Positions 47,982 to 57,149 of a stretch of DNA of 64,000 nucleotides are shown here, piece by piece (position 1 is the first letter of the stretch; each line of letters starts with the position of its first letter). The position numbers were made by a program, and so were the translations under genes. A model generated the notes under the pieces. That model was given only the letters and a program-made list of their open reading frames with translations, made no database searches and was not told where the DNA came from. The stretch lies in contig JAOOBR010000002.1 in the NCBI GenBank assembly GCA_028404565.1, forward strand, positions 25,848 to 89,847, in the 5' to 3' direction. This DNA comes from Pseudomonadota bacterium. GTDB lineage: Bacteria > Pseudomonadota > Gammaproteobacteria > Magnimaribacterales > D2472.

Positions 47982-48007
47982 AAAATATTAATTTTTAAAA
48001 TAAGCTA

Positions 48008-48763
48008 ATGATTACAGTTTTATCTCCAGCAAAAACACTAGATTATAGTGCTAATTATAATGATACACATTCTGTGCCGAGCTTTCTAAAAAAGTCTGGT
48101 GAGCTCGTTAAAGAACTAAAACAAAAGGAACCAAGTGAAATTGCCTCGCTAATGGGTCTTAGTGACAAGTTAGCATCATTAAATTTTGATAGATATCAGT
48201 CTTGGAAAGCTGAAAAAAAGATTTCAGATAATTCAAAGCCTGCTTTGCTGGTTTTTAAAGGTGACGTTTACCAAGGGCTACAAGCAGAAGACTTCAAAAA
48301 GGGCGATCTTAATTTTGCACAAAAGCACTTGAGAATATTGTCAGGATTATATGGCGCACTTAAGCCTCTTGATGTTATGAACCCGTATCGACTAGAGATG
48401 GGAACAAAATTACAAATTAATGGTTGGAAAAACCTATATGAGTTTTGGGGCGAATCCGTTAAAAAAGATCTACTCAAAGATTCAGATACAATCGTGAACT
48501 TAGCTTCTAATGAATACTATAAGGTTCTAGGTAACATAAGTGACGAAGCTAATGTGGTCTCTCCAGTTTTTAAAGACTATAAAAATGGAAACTACAAAAT
48601 AATTAGCTTTTATGCCAAAAAAGCTAGAGGTCTGATGGCTAGGTTTATTATTCAAAACAGGATCAAGAAAACTGATGAGTTAGTTAATTTTGATCTTGAT
48701 GGGTATAAATACTCTAAAGCTGATTCAACAGCTGATAGCCCTGTATTTTTAAGAAAGTCTTAA
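48008..48763 (+). CDS. yaaA: Peroxide stress protein YaaA (UPF0246/DUF328)
   Basis: 251 aa. N-terminus MITVLSPAKTLD and a ...YQGL... region typical of YaaA. Confidence 0.82.
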   Translation: MITVLSPAKTLDYSANYNDTHSVPSFLKKSGELVKELKQKEPSEIASLMGLSDKLASLNFDRYQSWKAEKKISDNSKPALLVFKGDVYQGLQAEDFKKGDLNFAQKHLRILSGLYGALKPLDVMNPYRLEMGTKLQINGWKNLYEFWGESVKKDLLKDSDTIVNLASNEYYKVLGNISDEANVVSPVFKDYKNGNYKIISFYAKKARGLMARFIIQNRIKKTDELVNFDLDGYKYSKADSTADSPVFLRKS

Positions 48764-49620
48764 CTTTTTGATTCGTTGAACTTTTTAACATCAACCATTT
48801 TATCGAAGCTAGCATCTCTTTTTTCCATTTGGGCAGTCATAGCTTCAGTCATATCTGCTTGACTTAGCATTGCACCACTCCAAAGAGCATTGAAATCTAA
48901 GCTATCACTTACATTGTGATCTCTCGAGTAATTCATTACAGCCTTAAGACCATAAATTGCTACTGGCGATTTAGAGGCTATTTCAGCTGCTAGTTTGTTT
49001 ACTGCATCAAGCATTTCATCTTGTGTTTCATAAATTTCACCTACCAGACCAGAATCTTTTGCTTCATCGGCAAGCATTCTTCTTCCAGTATAAGCCATCT
49101 CCCTCATCTTTGAATCAGGAATAATCTTTGGCAGCCTTTGAAGAGTGCCAACATCAGCAGCCATACCAATGTTAATTTCTTGAATACAAAAGAAAGCATC
49201 ATTTGAAGCAAAACGCATATCACATGCAGTAATGAGATCTAACGCTCCGCCAATAACACCTCCATGAACTGCAGCAATTACTGGAACTCTTATTTCTTCG
49301 AGTTTACTTATGTAACCTTGTAACTCTTTTGCAGTTCTATAAACAGCTTCACCAACTCTGGCATGGTCGGGTTTTTTGTCATCAGGAATATCATCAACTC
49401 CATTAGAAAAAGCACTAAGATCCATACCTGCACAAAAGTGTTTTCCAGTTGAAGAAAGAATTACAACTCTTACATCAGAATCTCTGTTTATTTCCTCTAA
49501 TGCATCTCCTAGTTCGACCCAAAAGTCTCGAGTCATTGTGTTTAGTTCATTTGGGCGATTTAAAACAAGACTGCATATATGGTCTTTTGTTTTTACATCA
49601 AAGCAGGAATATTTACTCAT
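48760..49620 (-). CDS. Enoyl-CoA hydratase/isomerase (crotonase) family protein, dienoyl-CoA isomerase-like
   Basis: 286 aa. ...FCAGMDL... oxyanion-hole region and the crotonase fold pattern. Confidence 0.8.
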   Translation of the reverse strand: MSKYSCFDVKTKDHICSLVLNRPNELNTMTRDFWVELGDALEEINRDSDVRVVILSSTGKHFCAGMDLSAFSNGVDDIPDDKKPDHARVGEAVYRTAKELQGYISKLEEIRVPVIAAVHGGVIGGALDLITACDMRFASNDAFFCIQEINIGMAADVGTLQRLPKIIPDSKMREMAYTGRRMLADEAKDSGLVGEIYETQDEMLDAVNKLAAEIASKSPVAIYGLKAVMNYSRDHNVSDSLDFNALWSGAMLSQADMTEAMTAQMEKRDASFDKMVDVKKFNESKS

Positions 49621-49775
49621 TTCTTTGCAATATCTATTGATTCTGAGACTTTATCCATTAGCTCATCTACAAGATCAAATGTTTTATGGTGAGGCAGTAC
49701 AATTTTTCTATCTTTGCTGAGCCACTTGAGCCTACTATGTACAAATTCTAAATTATCTATAAGTTTTTGGTTCAT
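49617..49775 (-). CDS. Small hypothetical protein (52 aa, not in the ORF track)
   Basis: Hand translation gives MNQKLIDNLEFVHSRLKWLSKDRKIVLPHHKTFDLVDELMDKVSESIDIAKK. Its TGA stop overlaps the ATG of the crotonase gene (ATGA). Confidence 0.35.
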   Translation of the reverse strand: MNQKLIDNLEFVHSRLKWLSKDRKIVLPHHKTFDLVDELMDKVSESIDIAKK

Positions 49776-49841
49776 TATTTCTATTAGTTGAAAACTGTAA
49801 TTATAAGTAAATGATCCTTATAATCAAAAAAAAAATAAAAA

Positions 49842-50630
49842 ATGCTTGATTTCAACAAACTGCTACCAGACTTAATAGATATATCTTCGAAAGCCAGCAA
49901 TACAATAATGGATATCTATAATTCTGATTTTTCACATAAAAATAAAGATGATGGATCTCCTCTGACACTAGCAGATGAATCATCAAATAAAATAATTATC
50001 GATGGACTAAAAGAAATAACACCTCAAATCCAAGTTATTTCAGAAGAGACCTTCAAGAGTGATATTTCTTATACAGACAGCTATTGGTTAATAGATCCAC
50101 TTGATGGTACAAAGGAATTTATTAATAGAAATGGAGATTTTTCAGTAAACATCTCTTTTATTCATGAGAGGCGAAGTATTTTTGGGATTGTTCAAAGACC
50201 AACTGATCTGAGGATCTGGACAAGTCTAGATAAAGTTTCTCAGGAGAAGGCTGAAGAAACGTCGTCACTTAGGATTGTTATGAGTAGAAGCCATAAGAGA
50301 GAGGAAGATACAATGTTTTTACAATTTCTTAAGGATTCTGAAATAGATTATGAGCTTGTCGAAAAGGGTAGCTCACTAAAAATTTGTGCTTTATGCGATG
50401 GTGAAGCAGACATATACCCTAGATTTGGGCCAACTTCTGAGTGGGATATTGCTGCTGCAGATGCAGTTCTTAAATCTTATAGAGGTTCAATATTCAGCCT
50501 TGAAGACTTTGAAAAGCTTAAATATTCCAAGAAAAACATACTCAATCCGCCTTTTATAGCTTATAGAAATGAACTTATCAGAGAAGCTTATGGTCAAAAA
50601 GTGGAAGATTATGTAAAAAAGTTGCTATAA
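49842..50630 (+). CDS. cysQ: 3'(2'),5'-bisphosphate nucleotidase (inositol monophosphatase family)
   Basis: 262 aa. WLIDPLDGTKEF and SEWD..AA motifs. Confidence 0.72.
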   Translation: MLDFNKLLPDLIDISSKASNTIMDIYNSDFSHKNKDDGSPLTLADESSNKIIIDGLKEITPQIQVISEETFKSDISYTDSYWLIDPLDGTKEFINRNGDFSVNISFIHERRSIFGIVQRPTDLRIWTSLDKVSQEKAEETSSLRIVMSRSHKREEDTMFLQFLKDSEIDYELVEKGSSLKICALCDGEADIYPRFGPTSEWDIAAADAVLKSYRGSIFSLEDFEKLKYSKKNILNPPFIAYRNELIREAYGQKVEDYVKKLL

Positions 50631-50681
50631 TTTAAGGTCTACATAATTTTTATGTATAATATATTATAAACAGAAATTATA

Positions 50682-51545
50682 ATGGGTACTGATTTACAGA
50701 AAATTGAGCTAACAACTCCAGGTAAAGATATAGAATCTTACCTTGCTTGCGTGCACTCAATACCAATATTGACGCCTGAGCAAGAGAAAGAACTTGCTCA
50801 TAAGCTTTATGACAACGATGATCTTGACGCTGCAAGGCAATTAGTTATTTCGCACCTACGTTTTGTCGTCCATATTGCAAGATCCTATCAAGGCTATGGT
50901 TTACCAATAGGCGATATTATCCAAGAAGGTAATGTTGGTCTTATGAAAGCTGTTGATAGATTTGATCCTAACAGAGGCGTGAAGCTTGTTTCTTTTGCAG
51001 TCCATTGGATAAAGGCTGAAATTCATGAGTACATTCTTAAAAACTGGAGACTTGTAAAAATAGCTACTACAAAAGCTCAAAGGAAACTATTCTTCAATCT
51101 AAGAAGCAAGAAAAAGTCATTGGAATGGCTTACTAAAGAAGAAGCAGAAAAAATAGCTGAAGATTTAAATGTCGAAGTCAAAGATGTTTTGCATATGGAA
51201 AACAGACTATCTTCTAATGATTCATCATTTGATGCTCCTGTAAATACTGGAGATGGTGAAAATGAAATAATGGCGCCATCACAATATCTAGAAGATAAAA
51301 GATTTAATCCTGAAGACTTGGTTGAGGCAGAGCAAACAATGGCATTTAATAATGCCGAACTTTTAGATGCTCTCAAAGGCCTTGATGACAGAAGTAAAGA
51401 TATTATAAGAAGAAGATATCTATCCGACTCTAAAGTTACTCTTCATGAGTTAGCAGAAGAGTATAAAATTTCAGCTGAAAGAATTAGACAGATCGAAAAT
51501 GGCGCTCTTAAAAAATTAAGAAGTTCTATGACTGATGCTCTGTGA
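50682..51545 (+). CDS. rpoH: RNA polymerase sigma-32 (heat-shock sigma factor)
   Basis: 287 aa. RpoH box QRKLFFNLR, with sigma regions 2 and 4. Confidence 0.93.
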   Translation: MGTDLQKIELTTPGKDIESYLACVHSIPILTPEQEKELAHKLYDNDDLDAARQLVISHLRFVVHIARSYQGYGLPIGDIIQEGNVGLMKAVDRFDPNRGVKLVSFAVHWIKAEIHEYILKNWRLVKIATTKAQRKLFFNLRSKKKSLEWLTKEEAEKIAEDLNVEVKDVLHMENRLSSNDSSFDAPVNTGDGENEIMAPSQYLEDKRFNPEDLVEAEQTMAFNNAELLDALKGLDDRSKDIIRRRYLSDSKVTLHELAEEYKISAERIRQIENGALKKLRSSMTDAL

Positions 51546-51754
51546 ATGCTAAAACAATAGGCATTATCCTTAACGGCTCAGAAATCCACCTAAAGTCTAA
51601 CTCCCTCAAAGAACTTATAGATAGCTTAAATCTCTCTGAAGCCAGATTTGCAATAGAAATAAATCGAGAGATTGTTCCAAAATCACAGATAGATAACTAT
51701 ACTCTCAATGACAAAGATGAAGTTGAAATAGTTATTGCCGTTGGCGGAGGATAA
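51542..51754 (+). CDS. thiS: Sulfur carrier protein ThiS
   Basis: 70 aa with a GTG start overlapping the rpoH stop (GTGA). C-terminal ...AVGGG. Confidence 0.8.
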   Translation: MNAKTIGIILNGSEIHLKSNSLKELIDSLNLSEARFAIEINREIVPKSQIDNYTLNDKDEVEIVIAVGGG

Positions 51755-51755
51755 A

Positions 51756-52532
51756 TTGGAAAAGTTGGTTGTCGGCTCTAGAGAATTCTCATCTAGGCTC
51801 CTAGTCGGTACAGGGAAATACAAAGATTTCCAAGAAACACAAGACGCAATAGTGGCCTCAGGAGCAGAAGTAGTTACCGTGGCAATAAGAAGGACTAACA
51901 TTGGTCAAAACAAAGGAGAACCAAACCTTCTTGATTTCCTAAATCCTGAAGAATTTATAATTCTTCCCAATACGGCAGGCTGTTACAGTGTTGATGATGC
52001 GGTTCGAACTTGTAATCTAGCAAGGGAGCTTCTAGATGGCCATAATCTCGTTAAACTTGAAGTTCTTGGAGATGAAAAAACGCTATTTCCAAATATGACT
52101 CAAACACTTGAGGCTGCAAAAATATTAGTTGAAGATAATTTTGAAGTAATGGTCTATTGCACTGATGATCCAATATTATGTAAAGAGCTTGATGATATTG
52201 GTTGTGTTTCGATTATGCCTCTTGCAGCTCCTATTGGTTCAGGGCTAGGGATAACAAACCCATATAACATAGAGATAATCTTGGAGAATTCAAATAAACC
52301 AGTCATAGTTGATGCGGGAGTAGGGACTGCTTCAGACGCCACCATAGCAATGGAGCTAGGATGTGATGGTGTGCTAATGAATACAGCGATAGCCGAAGCC
52401 AAAAATCCTATTCTCATGGCTTCAGCTATGAAAAAAGCAATTGAATCAGGCAGAGAAGCATTCCTGGCCGGGAGAATGAAAAAAAGACTATATGCCTCGA
52501 AGTCATCTCCAGAAGACGGAGTAATAAGGTAG
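51756..52532 (+). CDS. thiG: Thiazole synthase
   Basis: Start placed at the in-frame TTG at 51756, which has GGAGG 5 nt upstream and lies just after the thiS stop (the track start is 51735). LLVGTGKY and PIGSGLG motifs. Confidence 0.9.
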   Translation: MEKLVVGSREFSSRLLVGTGKYKDFQETQDAIVASGAEVVTVAIRRTNIGQNKGEPNLLDFLNPEEFIILPNTAGCYSVDDAVRTCNLARELLDGHNLVKLEVLGDEKTLFPNMTQTLEAAKILVEDNFEVMVYCTDDPILCKELDDIGCVSIMPLAAPIGSGLGITNPYNIEIILENSNKPVIVDAGVGTASDATIAMELGCDGVLMNTAIAEAKNPILMASAMKKAIESGREAFLAGRMKKRLYASKSSPEDGVIR

Positions 52533-53177
52533 TTGAGATATAACTTTTTACCTAGCTTTGCCAGAAGAAAAGGAAGGATTACAAAGCTTCAGGAAACAAA
52601 CCTAAGTTTCTTAGCAGATTATTCGTTGGATGATCCTAATACTTTAAATAATGATCCATCGTTCGATAAGATTGCCCTTGAAATAGGCTTTGGTAACGGG
52701 GAAGACTTTTTTTCCTTTGCGAAAGAAAATACCAATACATTATTTTTGGCTTCTGAGGTTTATAAATCTGGTATAGGGAATTTAATAGGAAAAATTAGAG
52801 AGCATTCACTGGAAAATATATATATTCATGAAGGGGATATAAGAGATCTTATTTTTGAAGAAAAAGGTTTTAAATTTGATGAAGTTTATATCATTTGCCC
52901 TGATCCATGGCCAAAAGATAGACATCACAAAAGAAGACTTTTAAATAAAGATTTCTTTGAACGCATTCAGCCATGCTTGAAACAAAATTCATTTATTTTT
53001 CTTTCTACAGACTGGAAAAACTATGCTGAACAAATTGAAGATGTGCTAAGAGCTTTTGAAGGTAAGTTTTTTATTGAGACTTTAAAACAAATACCCGGGA
53101 GAGAGCTTTCTAAGTTTCAAAGAAAGGGTATCAAGGAAGGGCGAGAGATATATAACTATAAATTAAGTCTGATTTAA
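52533..53177 (+). CDS. trmB: tRNA (guanine-N7)-methyltransferase
   Basis: 214 aa with a TTG start directly after the thiG stop. ...EIGFGNG... SAM motif and DPWPK. Confidence 0.82.
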   Translation: MRYNFLPSFARRKGRITKLQETNLSFLADYSLDDPNTLNNDPSFDKIALEIGFGNGEDFFSFAKENTNTLFLASEVYKSGIGNLIGKIREHSLENIYIHEGDIRDLIFEEKGFKFDEVYIICPDPWPKDRHHKRRLLNKDFFERIQPCLKQNSFIFLSTDWKNYAEQIEDVLRAFEGKFFIETLKQIPGRELSKFQRKGIKEGREIYNYKLSLI

Positions 53178-53756
53178 TTTATCCAAAAGCTTTTTCAAAG
53201 CTTGGCCTCTATGGCTTATTTTATTTTTTTCTAATGAGTTAAGTTCTGCGAAGGACTCAGAATATCCTTTTGGATAAAACATTGGATCATAACCAAAACC
53301 CTTTTCACCTCTTTCAATAGTTCTGACCTCACCTTCAACTTTTCCAGCACAAACTATAATTTCATTTTGACCCTTTATGCCAACAGCAACGATGCAACAA
53401 AAAAAGTATGCATAAGTTGATTCAAGCTTATTATCCTTAAGTTTTGATATAAGTTTATTTCTATTATCACTATCAGTTGCATATAATCCTGCATATCTAG
53501 CCGAGTAAAGTCCTGGCTCATTATTGATCGCAGGGACTATTAAGCCTGAGTCATCACCAACAGATGAGATATTTGTTTTTGTAAATGCATTTTTAGCTTT
53601 TAGGATTGCATTCTCTTCAAAATCTTTTCCTGTTTCTTCAACATCAGTGATATTGAAAACAGATTGAGGAATGCATTCAAAATCTGGAAGAATTTTTTGG
53701 AATTCGCTTATTTTCCCTTTATTTGAGGAAGCTATGATTAATTTATTTTCTTTCAA
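53163..53756 (-). CDS. rdgB: dITP/XTP pyrophosphatase (Ham1/RdgB)
   Basis: 197 aa. ...ASSNKGKISE..., GFGYDPMF, SHRG. Confidence 0.88.
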   Translation of the reverse strand: MKENKLIIASSNKGKISEFQKILPDFECIPQSVFNITDVEETGKDFEENAILKAKNAFTKTNISSVGDDSGLIVPAINNEPGLYSARYAGLYATDSDNRNKLISKLKDNKLESTYAYFFCCIVAVGIKGQNEIIVCAGKVEGEVRTIERGEKGFGYDPMFYPKGYSESFAELNSLEKNKISHRGQALKKLLDKLNQT

Positions 53757-54336
53757 TTAAGTACACACCCTCAGCAGCTAAAAGATTCGGCAATAGTTTT
53801 GTTAAAGTACTCTCTTTGAAGTTATTGTTTAAATACAATTTTTCAATTACATGTAAATCTAAGTTGTTACAGAGTTCCTCGAAATCTTTAATGGTGCACA
53901 AATGAATATTCTTAGTCTCATACCAGGGCACTGGAAGATTCTTTGTAACTGGCATCTTTCCAAAAAATAGATCTAATCTACAGGACCAATGGGCAAAATT
54001 TGGAAGAGTAACAATACATTTATTAGAGATATTGAGGATATTTTGAAGGGCTAAATTAGGATTTTTAAGGCACTGGATTGAGTTTGCCATTATTGCTATA
54101 TCAAAGTCCAAATCATCGAAATCTTTAATACCCTCGTCAATATCACATTGCATAACTGGGATATTTCTTCTAAGACATTCATTAGCTTTAGATATATCTA
54201 TTTCAATACCAAAACCATTAACATTTTTTGAATCTTTAAGGTGCTCTAAAAGGTCTCCATCACCACAGCCTAAGTCTAGAACTTTAGTGTTTTGGGGAAT
54301 CCATTTTTCTATTATTCTCTTAAAATCTGATTTCAT
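53743..54336 (-). CDS. metW: Methionine biosynthesis protein MetW
   Basis: 197 aa. LDLGCGDG SAM-methyltransferase-like motif, coupled downstream of metX. Confidence 0.85.
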   Translation of the reverse strand: MKSDFKRIIEKWIPQNTKVLDLGCGDGDLLEHLKDSKNVNGFGIEIDISKANECLRRNIPVMQCDIDEGIKDFDDLDFDIAIMANSIQCLKNPNLALQNILNISNKCIVTLPNFAHWSCRLDLFFGKMPVTKNLPVPWYETKNIHLCTIKDFEELCNNLDLHVIEKLYLNNNFKESTLTKLLPNLLAAEGVYLIERK

Positions 54337-55421
54337 CTTGATTCGATAAAGTTTTTTATAGCATTTTGGTAATCTTCATTTGGATAAAGGAAGCTGTCAT
54401 GACCATGCTCTCCTTCTAATTCAATATATGAACATTTTTTATTAGCCTTGATGGATGCCAAACATATTTCTTTTCCATTGCTTGTAGGGAACATCCAGTC
54501 TGAGGTAAATGATACAACCAGAACTTCGGCTCTAATGTTTTCAAGAGCAGACTCAAGACTGTCGTCATACCCATGAGCAATGTCAAATTTATCCATAACT
54601 TTTGTTAAAAGAATATATGAATTAGCATCAAAAGATTCTGCAAACTTTCCTCCCTTATATTGAAGGTAATTCTCAATTTCAAAATCAATATCTTCAGCTA
54701 TTTTAGAATCAGTATTTTGTAACTTTCTCCCAAAGCGCTGATCCATATTTTTTGCAGATAAATAAGTTATATGACCAAGCATCCTTGCAGCTTTAAGGCC
54801 TTTAACTGGAGATTTATTAAATTCGAGATACTTTCCGTCATGAAAATCACTATCTTTCCTTATAACTTCTCTCTCAACCTCATTCAAAGCAATATTTTGA
54901 GAGCTTGTTTTAGCTGCAGCAGCAAGAATGCCAACTTTTTTTACCATTTTAGGATAACTTACAGCCCATTGAAGTGACTGCATGCCTCCCAAACTTCCTC
55001 CAATGACTAAGTGCCACTTTTTTATTCCTAATTTATCTGCAAGCATTTTTTGAGATTCAACCCAATCAATAACCTCTAACTGAGGAAAATTATTATTAAA
55101 TCTTTCCCCATTTTTATCTTTACTTAGAGGACCACTAGAACCAAAACAACTTCCTAGATTATTTACGGAGACCACATAGAAACGATTTGTATCTATTGTT
55201 TTATCTGGACCAATAAACTCATCCCACCAACCAATGTTACCATCTCTTTTTCCTGCAGCATGATGACTTCCAGAGAATGCATGACATACAAGGACTGCAT
55301 TATCTTTTTTCTTATTTAGCTCCCCATAAAAATCAGTCATTAGCTCAAAGTTTTCAAGAGCCTCACCCGAAGCACACTCTAATTCAGAATTAATAAGTAT
55401 TTTTTTTGTCTTAACAATCAT
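54333..55421 (-). CDS. metX: Homoserine O-acyltransferase MetX (acetyl versus succinyl specificity not resolvable here)
   Basis: 362 aa. GGSLGGMQ nucleophile elbow and a metX-metW pair. Confidence 0.88.
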   Translation of the reverse strand: MIVKTKKILINSELECASGEALENFELMTDFYGELNKKKDNAVLVCHAFSGSHHAAGKRDGNIGWWDEFIGPDKTIDTNRFYVVSVNNLGSCFGSSGPLSKDKNGERFNNNFPQLEVIDWVESQKMLADKLGIKKWHLVIGGSLGGMQSLQWAVSYPKMVKKVGILAAAAKTSSQNIALNEVEREVIRKDSDFHDGKYLEFNKSPVKGLKAARMLGHITYLSAKNMDQRFGRKLQNTDSKIAEDIDFEIENYLQYKGGKFAESFDANSYILLTKVMDKFDIAHGYDDSLESALENIRAEVLVVSFTSDWMFPTSNGKEICLASIKANKKCSYIELEGEHGHDSFLYPNEDYQNAIKNFIESR

Positions 55422-55943
55422 TTAGAGAATAGAAACAGCAAGCTGTGCCAGGAAAACATTTATGGAATTAAGTAAAATGAATGCAAAGATAGGAGAAAAA
55501 TCTAAGCCACCAACAGCCGGAATAAATTTTCTTATTGGATCAAGAATTTTATTAGAAACTTCCTCAACAATCTGCCACATATCATTTTCAGAGAATGGAG
55601 CAACCCAACTCTTAACAACACCAGCAATAACAAAGTAAAAAAGTATCTTAAAGAATACGATAAGAACCTCAAAAAAACTTATAGAAATAAGCAAAATATA
55701 GTTATAACTAGATACATAACTTAAGAGTCCTAAAAACTTAAAAAAAACCGCGACAATCAATCCTGATAAAGATTTATTAATTCCTAAGAAGACTTTTGTA
55801 AATGGATCTACAATCTTTACGAATATTTGAACTACGGGATTGAAATAATTAACTTTAAATATAGAAAAAATAGAATAAATTACGGCAATAAACATCAGGC
55901 CTGTACATACAAGCTCTAGGAAAGAAAATAAACTACTATTCAT
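55422..55943 (-). CDS. yggT: YggT-family membrane protein
   Basis: 173 aa. ...PIRKFIPAVGGLDFSPI... motif. Position between yggS and metX, as in Pseudomonas. Confidence 0.7.
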   Translation of the reverse strand: MNSSLFSFLELVCTGLMFIAVIYSIFSIFKVNYFNPVVQIFVKIVDPFTKVFLGINKSLSGLIVAVFFKFLGLLSYVSSYNYILLISISFFEVLIVFFKILFYFVIAGVVKSWVAPFSENDMWQIVEEVSNKILDPIRKFIPAVGGLDFSPIFAFILLNSINVFLAQLAVSIL

Positions 55944-55959
55944 AAGATTGAATTATAAA

Positions 55960-56646
55960 TCAAACCCTTGAGCCAAAGAGAATTTCCCCAACTCTTATTA
56001 AGTTTGAGCCTGCCTTAATGCATTCTTTATAGTCAGACGAAGTTCCTAAAGACAGAACTTGTATATTTTTTCTTTTTGCTTTCATATCGTTAAATAAATT
56101 AACAGAATCTTTTATTTCTTTAATATGTGAAACTTTATCTTGGTTTATGTTTGGCATAAACATCAATCCATTGAGTTCTAAGTTATCGAAGCTATCAGCA
56201 AGGTTTATAAACTCTTCAGCATCGCCAGGCAAAATTCCAGATTTAGAGTCTTCACCACTTATATTTACTTGAACCAATACTTTTTGTATTTTGTTAATCT
56301 TTTTCGATTCAAAATCCATTTTTCTTAATACCTTTTCTCTATCAACTGAATGAACAAGATAAGAATTTTTGACAATTAAACCAATCTTATTGGTTTGGAT
56401 TGGGCCCATAAAATGCCATCTTATTTTTTTTGAATCAAGAGCCAAAGATTTCTCATTAAGTTCTTGCGCATAATTCTCGCCAAAATCTCTAAGACCAAGC
56501 CTATACAGACCTAAAATATCTTCTAAACTCTTTTTCTTGGAAACACCAACTATAGATATTTTGTCATTGTCGACTTTATTTTCACTACAAAATAATCCTA
56601 GATCTTCTTTGAAGTCTGCGAAAGGCTTCGTCATATTTGAGTACAC
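55960..56646 (-). CDS. yggS: PLP-binding homeostasis protein YggS (alanine racemase N-terminal-domain fold)
   Basis: 228 aa. ...IVGVSKKK... (PLP Lys), HFMGPIQTNK, LSLGTSSDY. An alternative start at 56634 is possible. Confidence 0.82.
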   Translation of the reverse strand: MYSNMTKPFADFKEDLGLFCSENKVDNDKISIVGVSKKKSLEDILGLYRLGLRDFGENYAQELNEKSLALDSKKIRWHFMGPIQTNKIGLIVKNSYLVHSVDREKVLRKMDFESKKINKIQKVLVQVNISGEDSKSGILPGDAEEFINLADSFDNLELNGLMFMPNINQDKVSHIKEIKDSVNLFNDMKAKRKNIQVLSLGTSSDYKECIKAGSNLIRVGEILFGSRV

Positions 56647-57149
56647 CTTGTTCTTAGAAGCGGAAGGAAATCAGCTCTTATAAGAGTTTCTCTGGCATTA
56701 TTTGTATCAGATATGCTCTGCATGGGTCCGATCATTACTCTGAAAAGTATTCCATCATAGTTTTTTGATGTTACCTCTTCTAAATAGGGCTCAAAACCCA
56801 ATTCTCTCATCTTATCTAAGGTTTCTTCGGCAAATATTTTTTTACCATAGGTTTCAATTTGAAGATAGGACTCGCAGGTTGCCTCTTCATAAATCTTCTC
56901 TAATTCAAGGTATATATTTTCATTTCTGAGATCTTGCTCAAATGTGAAAGTAATATCATTTTCTGTTTTTTCTACTGTGTAAATTTCAGACTCTATATTG
57001 AAGAATAGTCCAGAACCCATTAGGAATACGATTGGAAAAACCATTAATGCTAAAATCAACTTTATAGGAACTGGCGACTTACCAGTGGCTATATTAGAAA
57101 CACTTTTATTTTTTTTTATATCTTTTTTTTGTTGAGCGAAATCTTTCAT
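56631..57149 (-). CDS. SPOR-domain membrane protein
   Basis: 172 aa. N-terminal TM segment and a C-terminal SPOR-like sequence ...ILFRVMIGPMQSISDTNNARETL... Confidence 0.5.
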   Translation of the reverse strand: MKDFAQQKKDIKKNKSVSNIATGKSPVPIKLILALMVFPIVFLMGSGLFFNIESEIYTVEKTENDITFTFEQDLRNENIYLELEKIYEEATCESYLQIETYGKKIFAEETLDKMRELGFEPYLEEVTSKNYDGILFRVMIGPMQSISDTNNARETLIRADFLPLLRTRCTQI

